From a virus: DNA of 64,000 bases. The position numbers and the translations under genes were made by a program. The notes beneath the pieces were generated by a model, which did no database searches, was not told the DNA's origin, and saw only the letters and a list, made by a program, of their open reading frames with translations. Of this stretch, positions 1-9,901 are shown piece after piece. Position 1 is the stretch's first letter; each line of letters starts with the position of its first letter. The stretch is taken from the IMG/VR virus record IMGVR_UViG_3300044713_000194, positions 1 to 64,000 of that record. One strand, written 5' to 3'.

Positions 1-1475
1 AGCTTCTCATTGTTAATGAGACTGAGCTTCTCGTCCGCAGTCGGCTTATACATGATCAGGGGCTCTGATCCTCCGAGAGGGTCCGGCTCTAACTCGATCT
101 TTTCCGGTGCCAACATTTGAATACGATCGAATCCCTCGTACTCCTTGTTGGTTACGTGGCCGAAAATCTCCTCCTGTGCTCCCCGTTTCTCGGCGAGGTC
201 CTGCAACTCTTCAAGCAGTTCCTTCTTCCTCTCCAAAAGATGGAGGTAGCGCTTCAGGCTGTTGAGTTCCTCGGCCCGCTCCGCATCCGCCGCTTCGGCC
301 AAGGCATGTTCCTCCCCGTCGATGTGGTCATCGCCGATTGGGCCGCCGTTTCCTCCGCCAAAACTACCGCCTCCACCCGTTGAGGGGGATTCCATTTCAA
401 GCCCTGGATCGCCTAGAGAGTCCGCACCAATATCTTCCCCCGCGTCAGTCGGTGCCCCGTCGAGCGGAGCTTCCGTACCGGTATCACCGGACTGAGTCCC
501 CGTATCGCCTCCGGTGCTCGCCGGGGGATCTCCGGGGAGGGCGATTTTCTTCAGTGAAGCGGTCTTCACTAACTTTTTGAGTTTGGCAATCTTTCGCTTT
601 GCCTTGACAATGAGCCGCTTGTTTTCATCCGCATCGTCGTTGTCCGAGTAGTCAATACCTTCCTTTGCGAACTGCTCGAACAGCCTGTCGGCAACTGCAC
701 TTCGAAAGACCAGGGAGGAGCGCTTGCGAGCCTTGAGCCAATCCTCGGTGATCTGCCTCTCCTGCCCGACGACAGGGCCATTCTCGGCCTCGTTCATCGG
801 CGTAATGCCGGAAGCGTAACCACGGCCACGAGCCATCGCCTTTTTAACCACTTCGGAAACTTCAAGCTCCGTGAAGTTGTCGGGCTGAACTACATAAAGG
901 AATGTTTCGCCGATGGTGTTGTACTCACGCGTCGCCTCGATCACCGTCGCAAAAAACTGCGTGTCATTCATCAGACGCTGGAAGTAGTCAAAGACGTAGT
1001 CGGAGAAGGGCTCGACAGATGATTTCGGCTTCTCAAGCTGCATCTTCGAACACGGAAGCTCCGTATGGAGGTCGATAGCCCGACCGACAATCGGATCGCG
1101 ATCGTAAGCGAGGCGATAGAAACGAAGCTCCTCCGCTCGCGACTGAGGCATTTCGAGTGAGTCAACCGGGAACTCGTAGCTGTAGTAGCCAATGTTGTCC
1201 GAATCGGCAATGTTGGCGGGACCGAGGGCTCCATCACCCCATAGACCTGCTGTCTTTATTTTTTGCGGCCCTTCAGAACTCCGCTTAAGGCTCTTCGCGC
1301 GGATTGCCATCAGACGCTCGCGTATAATAAAGTCCTTATTTACGCTTCCGTCTTCAAATAGACCGGTATGCTTTCCCGCCGAGAAGAACTGCTGGGGGGG
1401 CGGTGCCGCTGCGGCCTGCGCCCTTGCAGCGGCGCGCCTGGCGGCGCGGTTCGACTTGTTCCCTGATTTCGCCAT
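1..1475 (-). CDS. Portal protein (3' end outside window), with ~250-aa insertion
   Basis: Not in ORF track because it has no stop in the window. Manual translation from ATG 1475 (RBS GGAAGG) stays open to base 1: MAKSGNK...FYRLAYDRDPIVGRAIDLHTELP...EYNTIGETFLY...YEGFDRIQMLAPEKIELE, resembling large-phage portal N-terminal motifs. Confidence 0.75.
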   Translation of the reverse strand, partial: MAKSGNKSNRAARRAAARAQAAAAPPPQQFFSAGKHTGLFEDGSVNKDFIIRERLMAIRAKSLKRSSEGPQKIKTAGLWGDGALGPANIADSDNIGYYSYEFPVDSLEMPQSRAEELRFYRLAYDRDPIVGRAIDLHTELPCSKMQLEKPKSSVEPFSDYVFDYFQRLMNDTQFFATVIEATREYNTIGETFLYVVQPDNFTELEVSEVVKKAMARGRGYASGITPMNEAENGPVVGQERQITEDWLKARKRSSLVFRSAVADRLFEQFAKEGIDYSDNDDADENKRLIVKAKRKIAKLKKLVKTASLKKIALPGDPPASTGGDTGTQSGDTGTEAPLDGAPTDAGEDIGADSLGDPGLEMESPSTGGGGSFGGGNGGPIGDDHIDGEEHALAEAADAERAEELNSLKRYLHLLERKKELLEELQDLAEKRGAQEEIFGHVTNKEYEGFDRIQMLAPEKIELEPDPLGGSEPLIMYKPTADEKLSLINNEK

Positions 1476-1491
1476 CAAAAACCTTCCCTAA

Positions 1492-2133
1492 TCAGGGAGT
1501 CGTATGCTTTTTCTTGGACTTGCCTGAAGTTTTGGCCTGTTTGCCGCTATTGAAGGCGCTACCGGGATCGAGGGTGAGAGCCTTGGTTGCTTCGCCGAGC
1601 AACGTTGGATCGAGAAGGAGGGTCGGAGCCCCGTTCTCCTCGTTGGGCTCCAGGCGACGCTCGGCTGCCTTTTTGCTCGTTTTCTCTTCTTTCTTTTTCT
1701 TATGAGCTTCGCGCTGCTGCCGCCTACCTTCGCGCTCAAGCTTTTGCTCCAGGCTGACCACTTCCCGAAGCCTGGCTTTTCGATCTCGTTGCAATGCATC
1801 GCGTACAATGACGAGTGTCCGGATTGATTTCTCTTCTTCGTAGATAGTGCGTCGTACGTCTTCTGAATTTATGAGCAACCCGCTGTCGATGAGCGCCTCA
1901 TCCGTCTCTCGTGTGTGATCGAGGAAACGAATGGCCTTATTCAGGTGTTCGACAACGCGGGTAAGGTTGTGCACCTGGTCAAGCATGCGCGACGCGTTCA
2001 TACGACGCAGAATATGCTTGTTCCCTGCCGAAACTTTTTTGTCGGCTTCGTAGACAAACTTTTGGGCCACTCCCGGCTGCCGCCTGGCCTTGTTGGCCAT
2101 TTGGCCGAGAAGAACTGTCTTTTTACGCGGCAT
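1492..2133 (-). CDS. Hypothetical basic coiled-coil protein
   Basis: 213-aa ORF overlapping the polymerase stop; K/R/E-rich helical C-terminal half. Confidence 0.7.
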   Translation of the reverse strand: MPRKKTVLLGQMANKARRQPGVAQKFVYEADKKVSAGNKHILRRMNASRMLDQVHNLTRVVEHLNKAIRFLDHTRETDEALIDSGLLINSEDVRRTIYEEEKSIRTLVIVRDALQRDRKARLREVVSLEQKLEREGRRQQREAHKKKKEEKTSKKAAERRLEPNEENGAPTLLLDPTLLGEATKALTLDPGSAFNSGKQAKTSGKSKKKHTTP

Positions 2134-5100
2134 ATACGCCCTCAGATTTAAGAGCTTCCTCTGCGTCGAACACCAGGAACTCAGAGGGAACCGCGCTTAC
2201 CATGCATCCCTCAAACCGGAAGACTTTACCCTGATAAAGACAGGTGAGCGTGTGGGTTCCGAAGCCTTTGCCGATGGCTAATTCAAACGCTTTGTATTCG
2301 CCCATGTTTTGCCACTCCTTGAGCACCGGCAGTTTTTCTTCGACTGGACCTTTGGGCTGCGGTGCTGTTACTACACGCCGCGTCATAGCGACCTGTGGAG
2401 CGGAGGTGACGGAAGGGGCTTCTTGAGCCCTCACTGAGGGTTTTGAAAGGTCCTTTCCGAGCAATTCGTCAAAGAGATCGTCGGAGGCCATCTCTGACGC
2501 ATCGATGTCTTTTGCTATCGGCTTGACTGACTCCGGCTCACGGAAATCGACGACGGGTCCGGCGGATTGTTCGGAGGTATGTGAGGTGCTGAGCGACGGC
2601 TCAACCGGCGTGTTTATCCCGCTAAACAGCGGCTGCATCTCCAGGCGGAGATGGTCTTCCGTCCCCTCAGTTCCCGGAATGACAAGGGGCTCAAGCGGGG
2701 GGCGACGGGTGCCTTCGATCGGCATCGTACCCAGAAAGCCGCCTTGTGGCATAAAGCCACGATCAGCCGGGGTTAGACCACGACGCTGTTCATACTGAGC
2801 AAGTGTCTCCAGCGTTTCTCCAGCGTTATCCGCCGTTTCGTCGATGCTCCAATACTCATGGAGTTGGAGCGCCGCGATAACCTGCTTTCGGATCGTTGTC
2901 TCCTCAGTCTGCGAGATTGGCTTCTTCTCCTTATCCCGCGTCCAGAGGGCGTGCCAAAAGGCCACAAAGGCACGTTCATGTAGTGCTCCCTTGGCCCAGG
3001 TCTCGACCTTCGCGCGAGCCGACTCCTTGCCGGAGACAATGGCCCGGACCAGGTGGGCGACTGTGTCCAAGTCAAACTCGACGGGCAAGTACTCTTCGAG
3101 CCCCTTGATGTCGGTCCAACCAGCAGGAACGTGATCGGCATCACCGGTGAGATGGAAGTTAACGTCCCACGAATGGCCGCCTTCGGTATCGCACTCTATG
3201 CCCACCGGCCAGTTACGGATCTTGTGAAGCGTACGCAGCTTCATGAGACGCGTGACGCGCGGCACCACAAACGGTACGTAGGAATTTTTGACCGTGTAAT
3301 CCACTTCGTCGTGCACGGAGCCGTGGAGCCGGAAGACGGACTGAACGAAATGCTCTTCTTTGGTCGCCCATTTGCGGATGCGATTGAGTGCCATGCGCAT
3401 GAAGTCACCGGCCAGGCCTTGCAATGGCGCGTTAACGGCGACACGCTGAATCTTGCCGATGAAACGGTTGTAGTCGGAACAATTGCGGACTCCGGTTGCG
3501 GGGTCTTTCCAATAACGATCCATCACCTCTTTGAGGTGTGCGGCTTCCTCTAAAAGACCTGCGGCCTCGGCCTCGCGCTGCCTTTTGCGGACACGAACGT
3601 AAGCCCAATACTGCTCCCACTCTTCCGGAGTGGGGATGCGGATGCCCTCGGCACGCATGGCGGAGTCAAATTTAATCACGCGGCCTGTGCCGGTATAGCA
3701 CCGCATTTCCTCTCGCGCCACCCGTTGCTTTTCTTCGCAGTACGCCTTGAAAACCGGTACACTCACCCAGTAATCAGCCACCATTTTTTCGGTGTCCTTC
3801 ATGGTGATACTCGGCTTCTTTTTGCGCATAGAATCGAAAATTGCGTACTTAGTTCCCCCATATAACAATGCAAAATTGATGATTTTGGCGAGATCTCGGC
3901 ATGTCTTGCGCACCGCCGCCGACGTCGCCGGATCGTTGAATTCGGGGAAGCAGGCGGACGCCGTGAGAGAGTGAAAATCACCGGCACCGTATAGAAATTC
4001 ATCGATGAATTTCGGCTCACCACTCTCGTTGGCGGCCACGCGCATTTCGATGTTCGAATAATCGCTTGAAAAAAATGTCCAGCCGTCTTCGGCAACGAAG
4101 AGCGCCCGCAGGTTGAGCACCTGATTCGCGTCAAGCTTGCCTTTTTCGATCAAAATACCGAACTTGTCCGCGCAGGTGGTGCAGGACGGAACCAGGCAAA
4201 TCGAGTATCCAAGGAAATTAGCGATGTGGTTGTTGATAATGCCCGGCGCTTGCTTTTTGATCTTCCGCTTTTCGTAAACGGCTTCACGGCGACGCGCCGG
4301 ATGTTCTGCGTTGTATTTGGGAACGCGCGTCCCATCGCCGCTCTCGTCCGTGACCTCAACTGTGGCGTCGATGTCTTCGGGGAACTGATCAAGGTAGACG
4401 GTAAATGTGGCCTCTGAGCCGCCGCGACCGTCAGGCTGTTGGCCCGTGATCTCCTTCCAACCCACTAGGACCGACTCTTCCACTTCCTTGAAGCAGGAGG
4501 CATGGAGTTCGCTCTCGTGATGAGGCTCGACATCCTCCGGCTTGACAACGTCCGGATCGAGAACGCGGCCACGAACGAACCAATTGCCGCCGACCTTTTT
4601 GATGGCCTGTACGTTTAGACCGAAGCCGCCGTCGCGGACGAACTTGCCGCCTGAAGCGGCCAGGCGGCCACCGGCGACAACGCTTTGCTTGAGATAAATG
4701 CGTGCCGACTTATCACGCGGGTCGAATTTCAGGTTCTCCGGATGGAGCGCGACGTATTTCTTGTAGGCATCGAGCGCCAGTAGGAACTCGTTGTCCGGAT
4801 ACTTTTTGAGGAGGTCAATCATTGCCTCCTTGTCGGTCGAGGGAGCGCCCTTCTCCGTCTTTTTCACGACCTCTAGCCGGAGGATCTCGAAGAGGAACTT
4901 CGGGAGATGCTTCTTGTCAACGTTAAACTTGGTGTCCTCAATGACGTTGCCGTCGTCATCGCTCAACTCCGGCCAGCCCATGCGCACGGCTATCTGGCGC
5001 AGATTCTCACGGCGTTCGGCCATCTGGCGAATATGCCAGTTCACCATGCGCCTGTGTGGGTCCTCGGCGATCTTGAACCGCTGGCGCTCGATCCAGGTCA

Positions 5101-6325
5101 GCGTGTCCACCATTTCGCCATCGATCTTATGAACGCGGACGCGGCCTTGCGCCTCGTCCTTCATCTTGAACCACAACAGCCATGTGCATATTGCGTCGGC
5201 AGCCGCATACCAGAGAGCGATAGACGTCGGAACCCAGGTGAAAGGCACGTACTGCACGCGCGTGCCGTGTTTCACCTCTCGGCGCTGATCTTCCGAACAC
5301 GTGCAGCTTGACGATGAATTGACTGGGCACCATTCAGCCTGCACCTTACCGATGTGGCCGAGATCGATCTGGTCGAGACCCAGTTCCGATCTCGACAGCG
5401 CCTTCAAGCCACCGGCGTCGCCCGTGAAAGTGTCGTCATCAAGATCCGCCTTGGGGTCGTTTGAGAAGTGGAGCACCTGCACATCTTCAAAGTGCGGATA
5501 CTCGCGGAAGTCTATACCCAAGGTATGGCGCATGACTTCGCGGTCGAACTTGGCGTTGTAGAAGATCAGGTGCGAGACATTGAACAGACGCTGCAACTGC
5601 TCGTAGGCGGCCTGGCGGCTGACGTTGTTCGAGTTCTCATGGTTGATCGGAATATAAATGCCGGAGACGCCGTCTACGGAAAGGCAGACACCGGCGATCT
5701 CGATCATGACTTCGTAGGTTGCTTCCCAGATGACGTTGCCATGGTCGTCAAGACGCTTCGATCCATCCGGATTCCGCGCCTCTTGAATGTCGATCAGTAT
5801 GCGGGTATCAAGGCCGATCGTCTCAGTGTCAACCGCGACGCAGGGGCAAGGCTCGGCACCCTTGTACGGTGCAATCCAGCGGGATTTGTCGGTGAGAACC
5901 TCATCGACCCAAGCCTTTAAGGCTTCGTCGGTATCGACGTTGCGAAAGCTCTTGGTCGCCATCCATGGGCGCTTAAGCGTAGCGAGATCGAGGGTCGCCA
6001 GCTTCTCGCGAAAGAGAGTGCGTAGACTCTTGTCCTTACGCTTCCGAGCCTTCGGCGCTTTCGGAGTCTTGAGCATCTCCTCGCCGATGTTTTCCTGCTT
6101 GACCTTCCGCTTACGTTTGGGCTTGGTGACCTCGGTGATAGTGGTAGTCGTGGTTGCGGTTTCGACCTTAACCTGAAGGGTAAGACCGTTGCTATCCTCG
6201 TCATCAAAGAGGTTCTGCTGAGAACCGGCCTCGTCCAGATTTGAGCGCATGTCGAGACGTTCGGCCTCACAGAGGCCGTGAGCGATCTGCTCCTCGATGC
6301 AGCTATCTTCAGGTCCGCAGGCCAT
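2123..6325 (-). CDS. polA: DNA polymerase family A with 3'-5' exonuclease
   Basis: ExoI VAVDTETIGL, ExoII YNAKFD, ExoIII YAAADA; motif A DYSNIEMR, motif B RDLAKIINFALLYG, motif C VHDEV. Confidence 0.96.
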   Translation of the reverse strand: MACGPEDSCIEEQIAHGLCEAERLDMRSNLDEAGSQQNLFDDEDSNGLTLQVKVETATTTTTITEVTKPKRKRKVKQENIGEEMLKTPKAPKARKRKDKSLRTLFREKLATLDLATLKRPWMATKSFRNVDTDEALKAWVDEVLTDKSRWIAPYKGAEPCPCVAVDTETIGLDTRILIDIQEARNPDGSKRLDDHGNVIWEATYEVMIEIAGVCLSVDGVSGIYIPINHENSNNVSRQAAYEQLQRLFNVSHLIFYNAKFDREVMRHTLGIDFREYPHFEDVQVLHFSNDPKADLDDDTFTGDAGGLKALSRSELGLDQIDLGHIGKVQAEWCPVNSSSSCTCSEDQRREVKHGTRVQYVPFTWVPTSIALWYAAADAICTWLLWFKMKDEAQGRVRVHKIDGEMVDTLTWIERQRFKIAEDPHRRMVNWHIRQMAERRENLRQIAVRMGWPELSDDDGNVIEDTKFNVDKKHLPKFLFEILRLEVVKKTEKGAPSTDKEAMIDLLKKYPDNEFLLALDAYKKYVALHPENLKFDPRDKSARIYLKQSVVAGGRLAASGGKFVRDGGFGLNVQAIKKVGGNWFVRGRVLDPDVVKPEDVEPHHESELHASCFKEVEESVLVGWKEITGQQPDGRGGSEATFTVYLDQFPEDIDATVEVTDESGDGTRVPKYNAEHPARRREAVYEKRKIKKQAPGIINNHIANFLGYSICLVPSCTTCADKFGILIEKGKLDANQVLNLRALFVAEDGWTFFSSDYSNIEMRVAANESGEPKFIDEFLYGAGDFHSLTASACFPEFNDPATSAAVRKTCRDLAKIINFALLYGGTKYAIFDSMRKKKPSITMKDTEKMVADYWVSVPVFKAYCEEKQRVAREEMRCYTGTGRVIKFDSAMRAEGIRIPTPEEWEQYWAYVRVRKRQREAEAAGLLEEAAHLKEVMDRYWKDPATGVRNCSDYNRFIGKIQRVAVNAPLQGLAGDFMRMALNRIRKWATKEEHFVQSVFRLHGSVHDEVDYTVKNSYVPFVVPRVTRLMKLRTLHKIRNWPVGIECDTEGGHSWDVNFHLTGDADHVPAGWTDIKGLEEYLPVEFDLDTVAHLVRAIVSGKESARAKVETWAKGALHERAFVAFWHALWTRDKEKKPISQTEETTIRKQVIAALQLHEYWSIDETADNAGETLETLAQYEQRRGLTPADRGFMPQGGFLGTMPIEGTRRPPLEPLVIPGTEGTEDHLRLEMQPLFSGINTPVEPSLSTSHTSEQSAGPVVDFREPESVKPIAKDIDASEMASDDLFDELLGKDLSKPSVRAQEAPSVTSAPQVAMTRRVVTAPQPKGPVEEKLPVLKEWQNMGEYKAFELAIGKGFGTHTLTCLYQGKVFRFEGCMVSAVPSEFLVFDAEEALKSEGVYAA

Positions 6326-6327
6326 TC

Positions 6328-8205
6328 CTACTTCCCTCTCTTTTTTCGGGCAAGGATGAAGTCAAGAGTGGTTTTTCCCAGCACGCGCGCCAGAGGCAGT
6401 GGGTCACCGGCCTGGGGATCGGCTTTTTCCTCGGCGCGGCTCGGCCAGCAGTCGAATAAAATTTCTATGTATTCGATCGCCAGTTCAACATCCTTCGCGG
6501 TCTGCACATCCTTGGCGGCGTGCTCGATATAGGCGCGCTTCAGATCGGGGAACTTCAACTCTACGTAGCCCCCGTCCCGCTCCTCTTCAAGATCGGCGAT
6601 CTCGATGTCGTCGATCGGCGGCAAGCCGAATTGCTTCTCCAGATACTGAAGCGCAGCAAGCTTTGAGACCCCTAGCCGCTTGGCAGTAAAGGTGACGGCG
6701 TCGTAATACTGCTCCCCAGGGGGGCAGTTGTGAACCACACCCAGCTTCGTTGTGAAGGACTCCGTCCCAGTGACCGTGAGATCGACTACGCGCCCGTTCG
6801 TCGTGGCCTGAGACACATCGGAAACGCGTGACCAGTAGTAATGGTTTCCGTCGATCTCCTGAAAAAATCCTTTAACCGACTCACGTTGAAGGAAAGCAAC
6901 CGACCACTTTTCGGCGTGACTCAATCCTTTTTTATCTACGTGAGGAGATGTGTAGCCGAGAGAAGGAAAAACGCCCGCTTGAATACCTAGTGCAAATAGG
7001 GAGTAGGCAAGTTGACGCGAGACGGTGGTACCGCGATTTCTATCGTCTCCATCTCCGTCTAAATAACCTTCGATTAACGATTTCTGATATGCGACAGGCC
7101 AACTCAGAGCTTGCGCAGGCAGCCTTTTAGAGTTGGACCCCTGACCAAACCAGAAGGCAAGACTGCGGGCCAAATCGACGCTGCTGCATATTACTTCGCA
7201 GGTTGTATGTTCTTGATATTCAAACAACGATGCCGCAAGGCCGAACCTCTCCGAAAGAACCCGTTGCACGAATACTCCGAGAGATTTAGCTTCATTTAGA
7301 TGGAATGTCCAACGCACAGTGCGCGGGTGTCTGGTTGGACCCACAGAGCCCTCGGCAAGGTAAAGACCGTAAAGACGGCAAAGCTCATGCTCGACAGGAA
7401 GAACCGGGACAGGCGCAGGACGCATCCCCTTTTTGTACCGAGGCAAAAATGTCTGATTGTCAAGAGGTAAGACATTTCTATCGGCGGGACTAATAACCGG
7501 AAACAGCAAGTAATCCCCAGATTTCAAGTCTTCTGCCGGGCCTTCCGTAATTGGGGTCTGGCGTGAGCGTTCTCTCATTTTTCGATTTTTCTTATAGCTG
7601 CCCCAGAACACCATTCCGGTTTTCGCGGATGGCTTCGGCTGCAAATACGGTAAAAACCGTAATGCGTCATCGCGTCGAACATAGATGCAGGTGTGATCGG
7701 GCGTCAGTAGTAAAGGGTCGCGGCGGAAATTATCTGTGCCAACTGCCAGTAGCGCGCCCTGCTTAACTTCCTTGTGCCAAACAGTCTCCCACTTCCCGGT
7801 CTGGCCGAGCACTTGGGCGTTGATTTCAACTTCACGAATAGGCTTCAAACCGGTATCCGTCCAAATCAGTTCGTTCTCATCAAGGCAACCAAAGCAAAAA
7901 GCATCGTTGCCGCGCCGGTAAATTTGAAAAGAGGGATTGGAATCGCGACCGTGAAAGGGACAGGAGATTTTGAGGCCGGTGAGCCCGGTCAACAAGAGGA
8001 CGACGTCTTCAAAGCGCACTTCCTCGCTGATCCGCAGCCATCGGTGCGGATGCGTCTCCATGAACCCGGCCTTATAAAGGGCGTGTGCGGTGGCTCGGTC
8101 GAAAGCAAGATCGTCCGCAACAAAGACCGGATCAGTCTCGGCGTCGAGAATCGGTTTGGGCTCGGTATTTTCTCCCACAAAGGTTAATACCGAGCCCTCC
8201 GACAA
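6328..8205 (-). CDS. CHC2 zinc-finger protein (DnaG zinc-binding-domain-like) interrupted by an intein
   Basis: CPFH...PSF...AFCFG|intein|C; spliced product about 238 aa with no TOPRIM domain visible. Confidence 0.85.
   Translation of the reverse strand: MSEGSVLTFVGENTEPKPILDAETDPVFVADDLAFDRATAHALYKAGFMETHPHRWLRISEEVRFEDVVLLLTGLTGLKISCPFHGRDSNPSFQIYRRGNDAFCFGCLDENELIWTDTGLKPIREVEINAQVLGQTGKWETVWHKEVKQGALLAVGTDNFRRDPLLLTPDHTCIYVRRDDALRFLPYLQPKPSAKTGMVFWGSYKKNRKMRERSRQTPITEGPAEDLKSGDYLLFPVISPADRNVLPLDNQTFLPRYKKGMRPAPVPVLPVEHELCRLYGLYLAEGSVGPTRHPRTVRWTFHLNEAKSLGVFVQRVLSERFGLAASLFEYQEHTTCEVICSSVDLARSLAFWFGQGSNSKRLPAQALSWPVAYQKSLIEGYLDGDGDDRNRGTTVSRQLAYSLFALGIQAGVFPSLGYTSPHVDKKGLSHAEKWSVAFLQRESVKGFFQEIDGNHYYWSRVSDVSQATTNGRVVDLTVTGTESFTTKLGVVHNCPPGEQYYDAVTFTAKRLGVSKLAALQYLEKQFGLPPIDDIEIADLEEERDGGYVELKFPDLKRAYIEHAAKDVQTAKDVELAIEYIEILFDCWPSRAEEKADPQAGDPLPLARVLGKTTLDFILARKKRGK
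6727..7887 (-). mobile_element. Intein (387 aa) with LAGLIDADG homing endonuclease
   Basis: Starts CLDENELIWT, block B LTPDH, LAGLIDADG motifs LYGLYLAEGS and LIEGYLDGDG, block F VVDLTV, ends VVHN followed by Cys(+1); visibly more AT-rich than flanks. Confidence 0.93.
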
Positions 8206-8213
8206 ATCCGAAC

Positions 8214-9158
8214 TTACTGAACAGCTTCCAAGCCGATTTTTCCGGCCTTTTTGGCGCGGGGCCGGTAGAGCTTTCTTTGCCGGGGCGGCGCTGTACGCGT
8301 TGTATAGGCCTTCATTAAGCGCTCCAGGCGGTGCCTGGCGCGTGTAAATAGCTGCTCGTTCATGCCCAGCATCTTCTGCGCTTCGATAAAAGATTCGGCA
8401 ATCGCGATAGCGTTGAAAACACAGATCAGTTCGGGGTTGTAGCTTCGGATGAAGTCTTCGATCTCGGACATAACGACCCCATCCTCGATCAACCGGACGG
8501 CCTGCGTCGTAAGGATGTCCGAGTTCGAAAGCAACTGATGGAGGTACTCATCATCGATCACCGCCGGAGTCTCGCGCTCGACATCGGCGTCGAAATAGCA
8601 CAGGTTGTTGTTGCGCTCGATCGGATTGGAGTTCCGCTTCTTCATCAACGAGATGAACTGGTTCAGGAGCATGAGATTGACGAACGCCAAAAAGCGCGGC
8701 TTCGATGCTCCGTACGAGCGGTCCGGATGGAAGGTCTGTATGCGGTCTTCGCATCCGTTTGTGAAGCCATTGAAGCCGGGCTCCCGGAACTTCGACCGCT
8801 CCGGCAGGGTCATAAGGAACAGGAGCAGGTCGCTGGTGCGATCCTCGCGATCCGCCCAGGAGTACTGCATCATGTGGCGATCGACGAAGTTGCGGACGTG
8901 ATTGGGAAACTCCTCGTAGAACTCGGCAAAATTCCGAGGAACCTCGAAACCATCGACGCCGACGAAGCGGCCTTCTGCGTCGATGGTGTAGCCTTCTTTG
9001 TAGGGGAGTTCGGACAGCAGCGCGGCTGCGGTGTCGGAGCTTACGGAGGGCAGTGTGTTTGCTTCGGATGGGTGTTCGGAGGCAGTTTCGGTGGGTTTGA
9101 CTTGCGTGGAGGCAACGATCTCATCTGCAAGGATGGATTCAGTCTGCGTCGAAAGCAT
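8214..9158 (-). CDS. Divergent sigma-70-like transcription factor
   Basis: Region-2-like DREDRTSDLLLFL...FHPDRSYG...FLAFVNLMLLNQFISLMKKR and C-terminal HTH-like FIEAQKMLGMNEQLFTRARHRL. Confidence 0.55.
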   Translation of the reverse strand: MLSTQTESILADEIVASTQVKPTETASEHPSEANTLPSVSSDTAAALLSELPYKEGYTIDAEGRFVGVDGFEVPRNFAEFYEEFPNHVRNFVDRHMMQYSWADREDRTSDLLLFLMTLPERSKFREPGFNGFTNGCEDRIQTFHPDRSYGASKPRFLAFVNLMLLNQFISLMKKRNSNPIERNNNLCYFDADVERETPAVIDDEYLHQLLSNSDILTTQAVRLIEDGVVMSEIEDFIRSYNPELICVFNAIAIAESFIEAQKMLGMNEQLFTRARHRLERLMKAYTTRTAPPRQRKLYRPRAKKAGKIGLEAVQ

Positions 9159-9423
9159 CTAAGTCTCCAGAAATGCTGGGCTTAGGCTTCAGAACCCCAC
9201 AGACACACTTCGAGCGTATGATTGAAACCACGTGTTTTCACGACACATGGCGTTCAACCGAACGCGGACACACGAAGAGCGTAAGGGTTCGAAGCCGGGG
9301 TTGAGGCGGCCCTATGAGCCGATCACCGCCGCGAGGGCGAAAATAGGCTTAAAAGGGAATACTCTTTGCACGGCTGAACCTGGTAATTCGGCTCAGAAAT
9401 TTTTCGTGTGCCCTAAGATGAGA

Positions 9424-9457
9424 AACGCCTTCGGCCCGGAGACGGGCCGAAGGCGTT
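9424..9457. terminator. Perfect 15-bp stem-loop (probable terminator or RNA hairpin)
   Basis: AACGCCTTCGGCCCG-GAGA-CGGGCCGAAGGCGTT. Confidence 0.55.
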
Positions 9458-9901
9458 CGGTGCGGAACAGCGACCATCGATCGCGGCGGCGGGCAATACC
9501 GAGATCAACGAATCGCCGGATATGCAGGGGGAACCAAGGAAACTGGACGAGGTAACTGAGCGCCGGACGGTCGCATACGACCGACATGTCCGCTCACCAC
9601 CATAGGGAAGACGTACGAGCGTTCTAGTTCTCTTATGCATAATAAGGGTTTCCATTTATCATCTACGTGTACGGGGGCTCACGTCCTCGGACCGTAGGTG
9701 TGTTTTATTGCTATGACGTGACAATAGCGCATTTATTGATTGATTGGCAAAAGTTGTATGAGTGTGCAAAACACCTGGAAAACACAGGTGAACCTTCGGT
9801 GAAGCGTTGTGTAATCACTGGTTTGCACCGAAGGATTGACTAAGGATCGACCTCGGTGGTATTACTTCGGTTTTTAGGTAACGTACTTGGTTCGAGGGTA
9901 C

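Noticed and set aside
4115-4600. PolA insert considered as an intein
   Set aside because: No Cys/Ser start, TxxH block or His-Asn terminus
9393-9655. Short ORFs 9413..9655, 9393..9587 and 9232..9555
   Set aside because: No RBS, atypical composition, and they overlap the long hairpin
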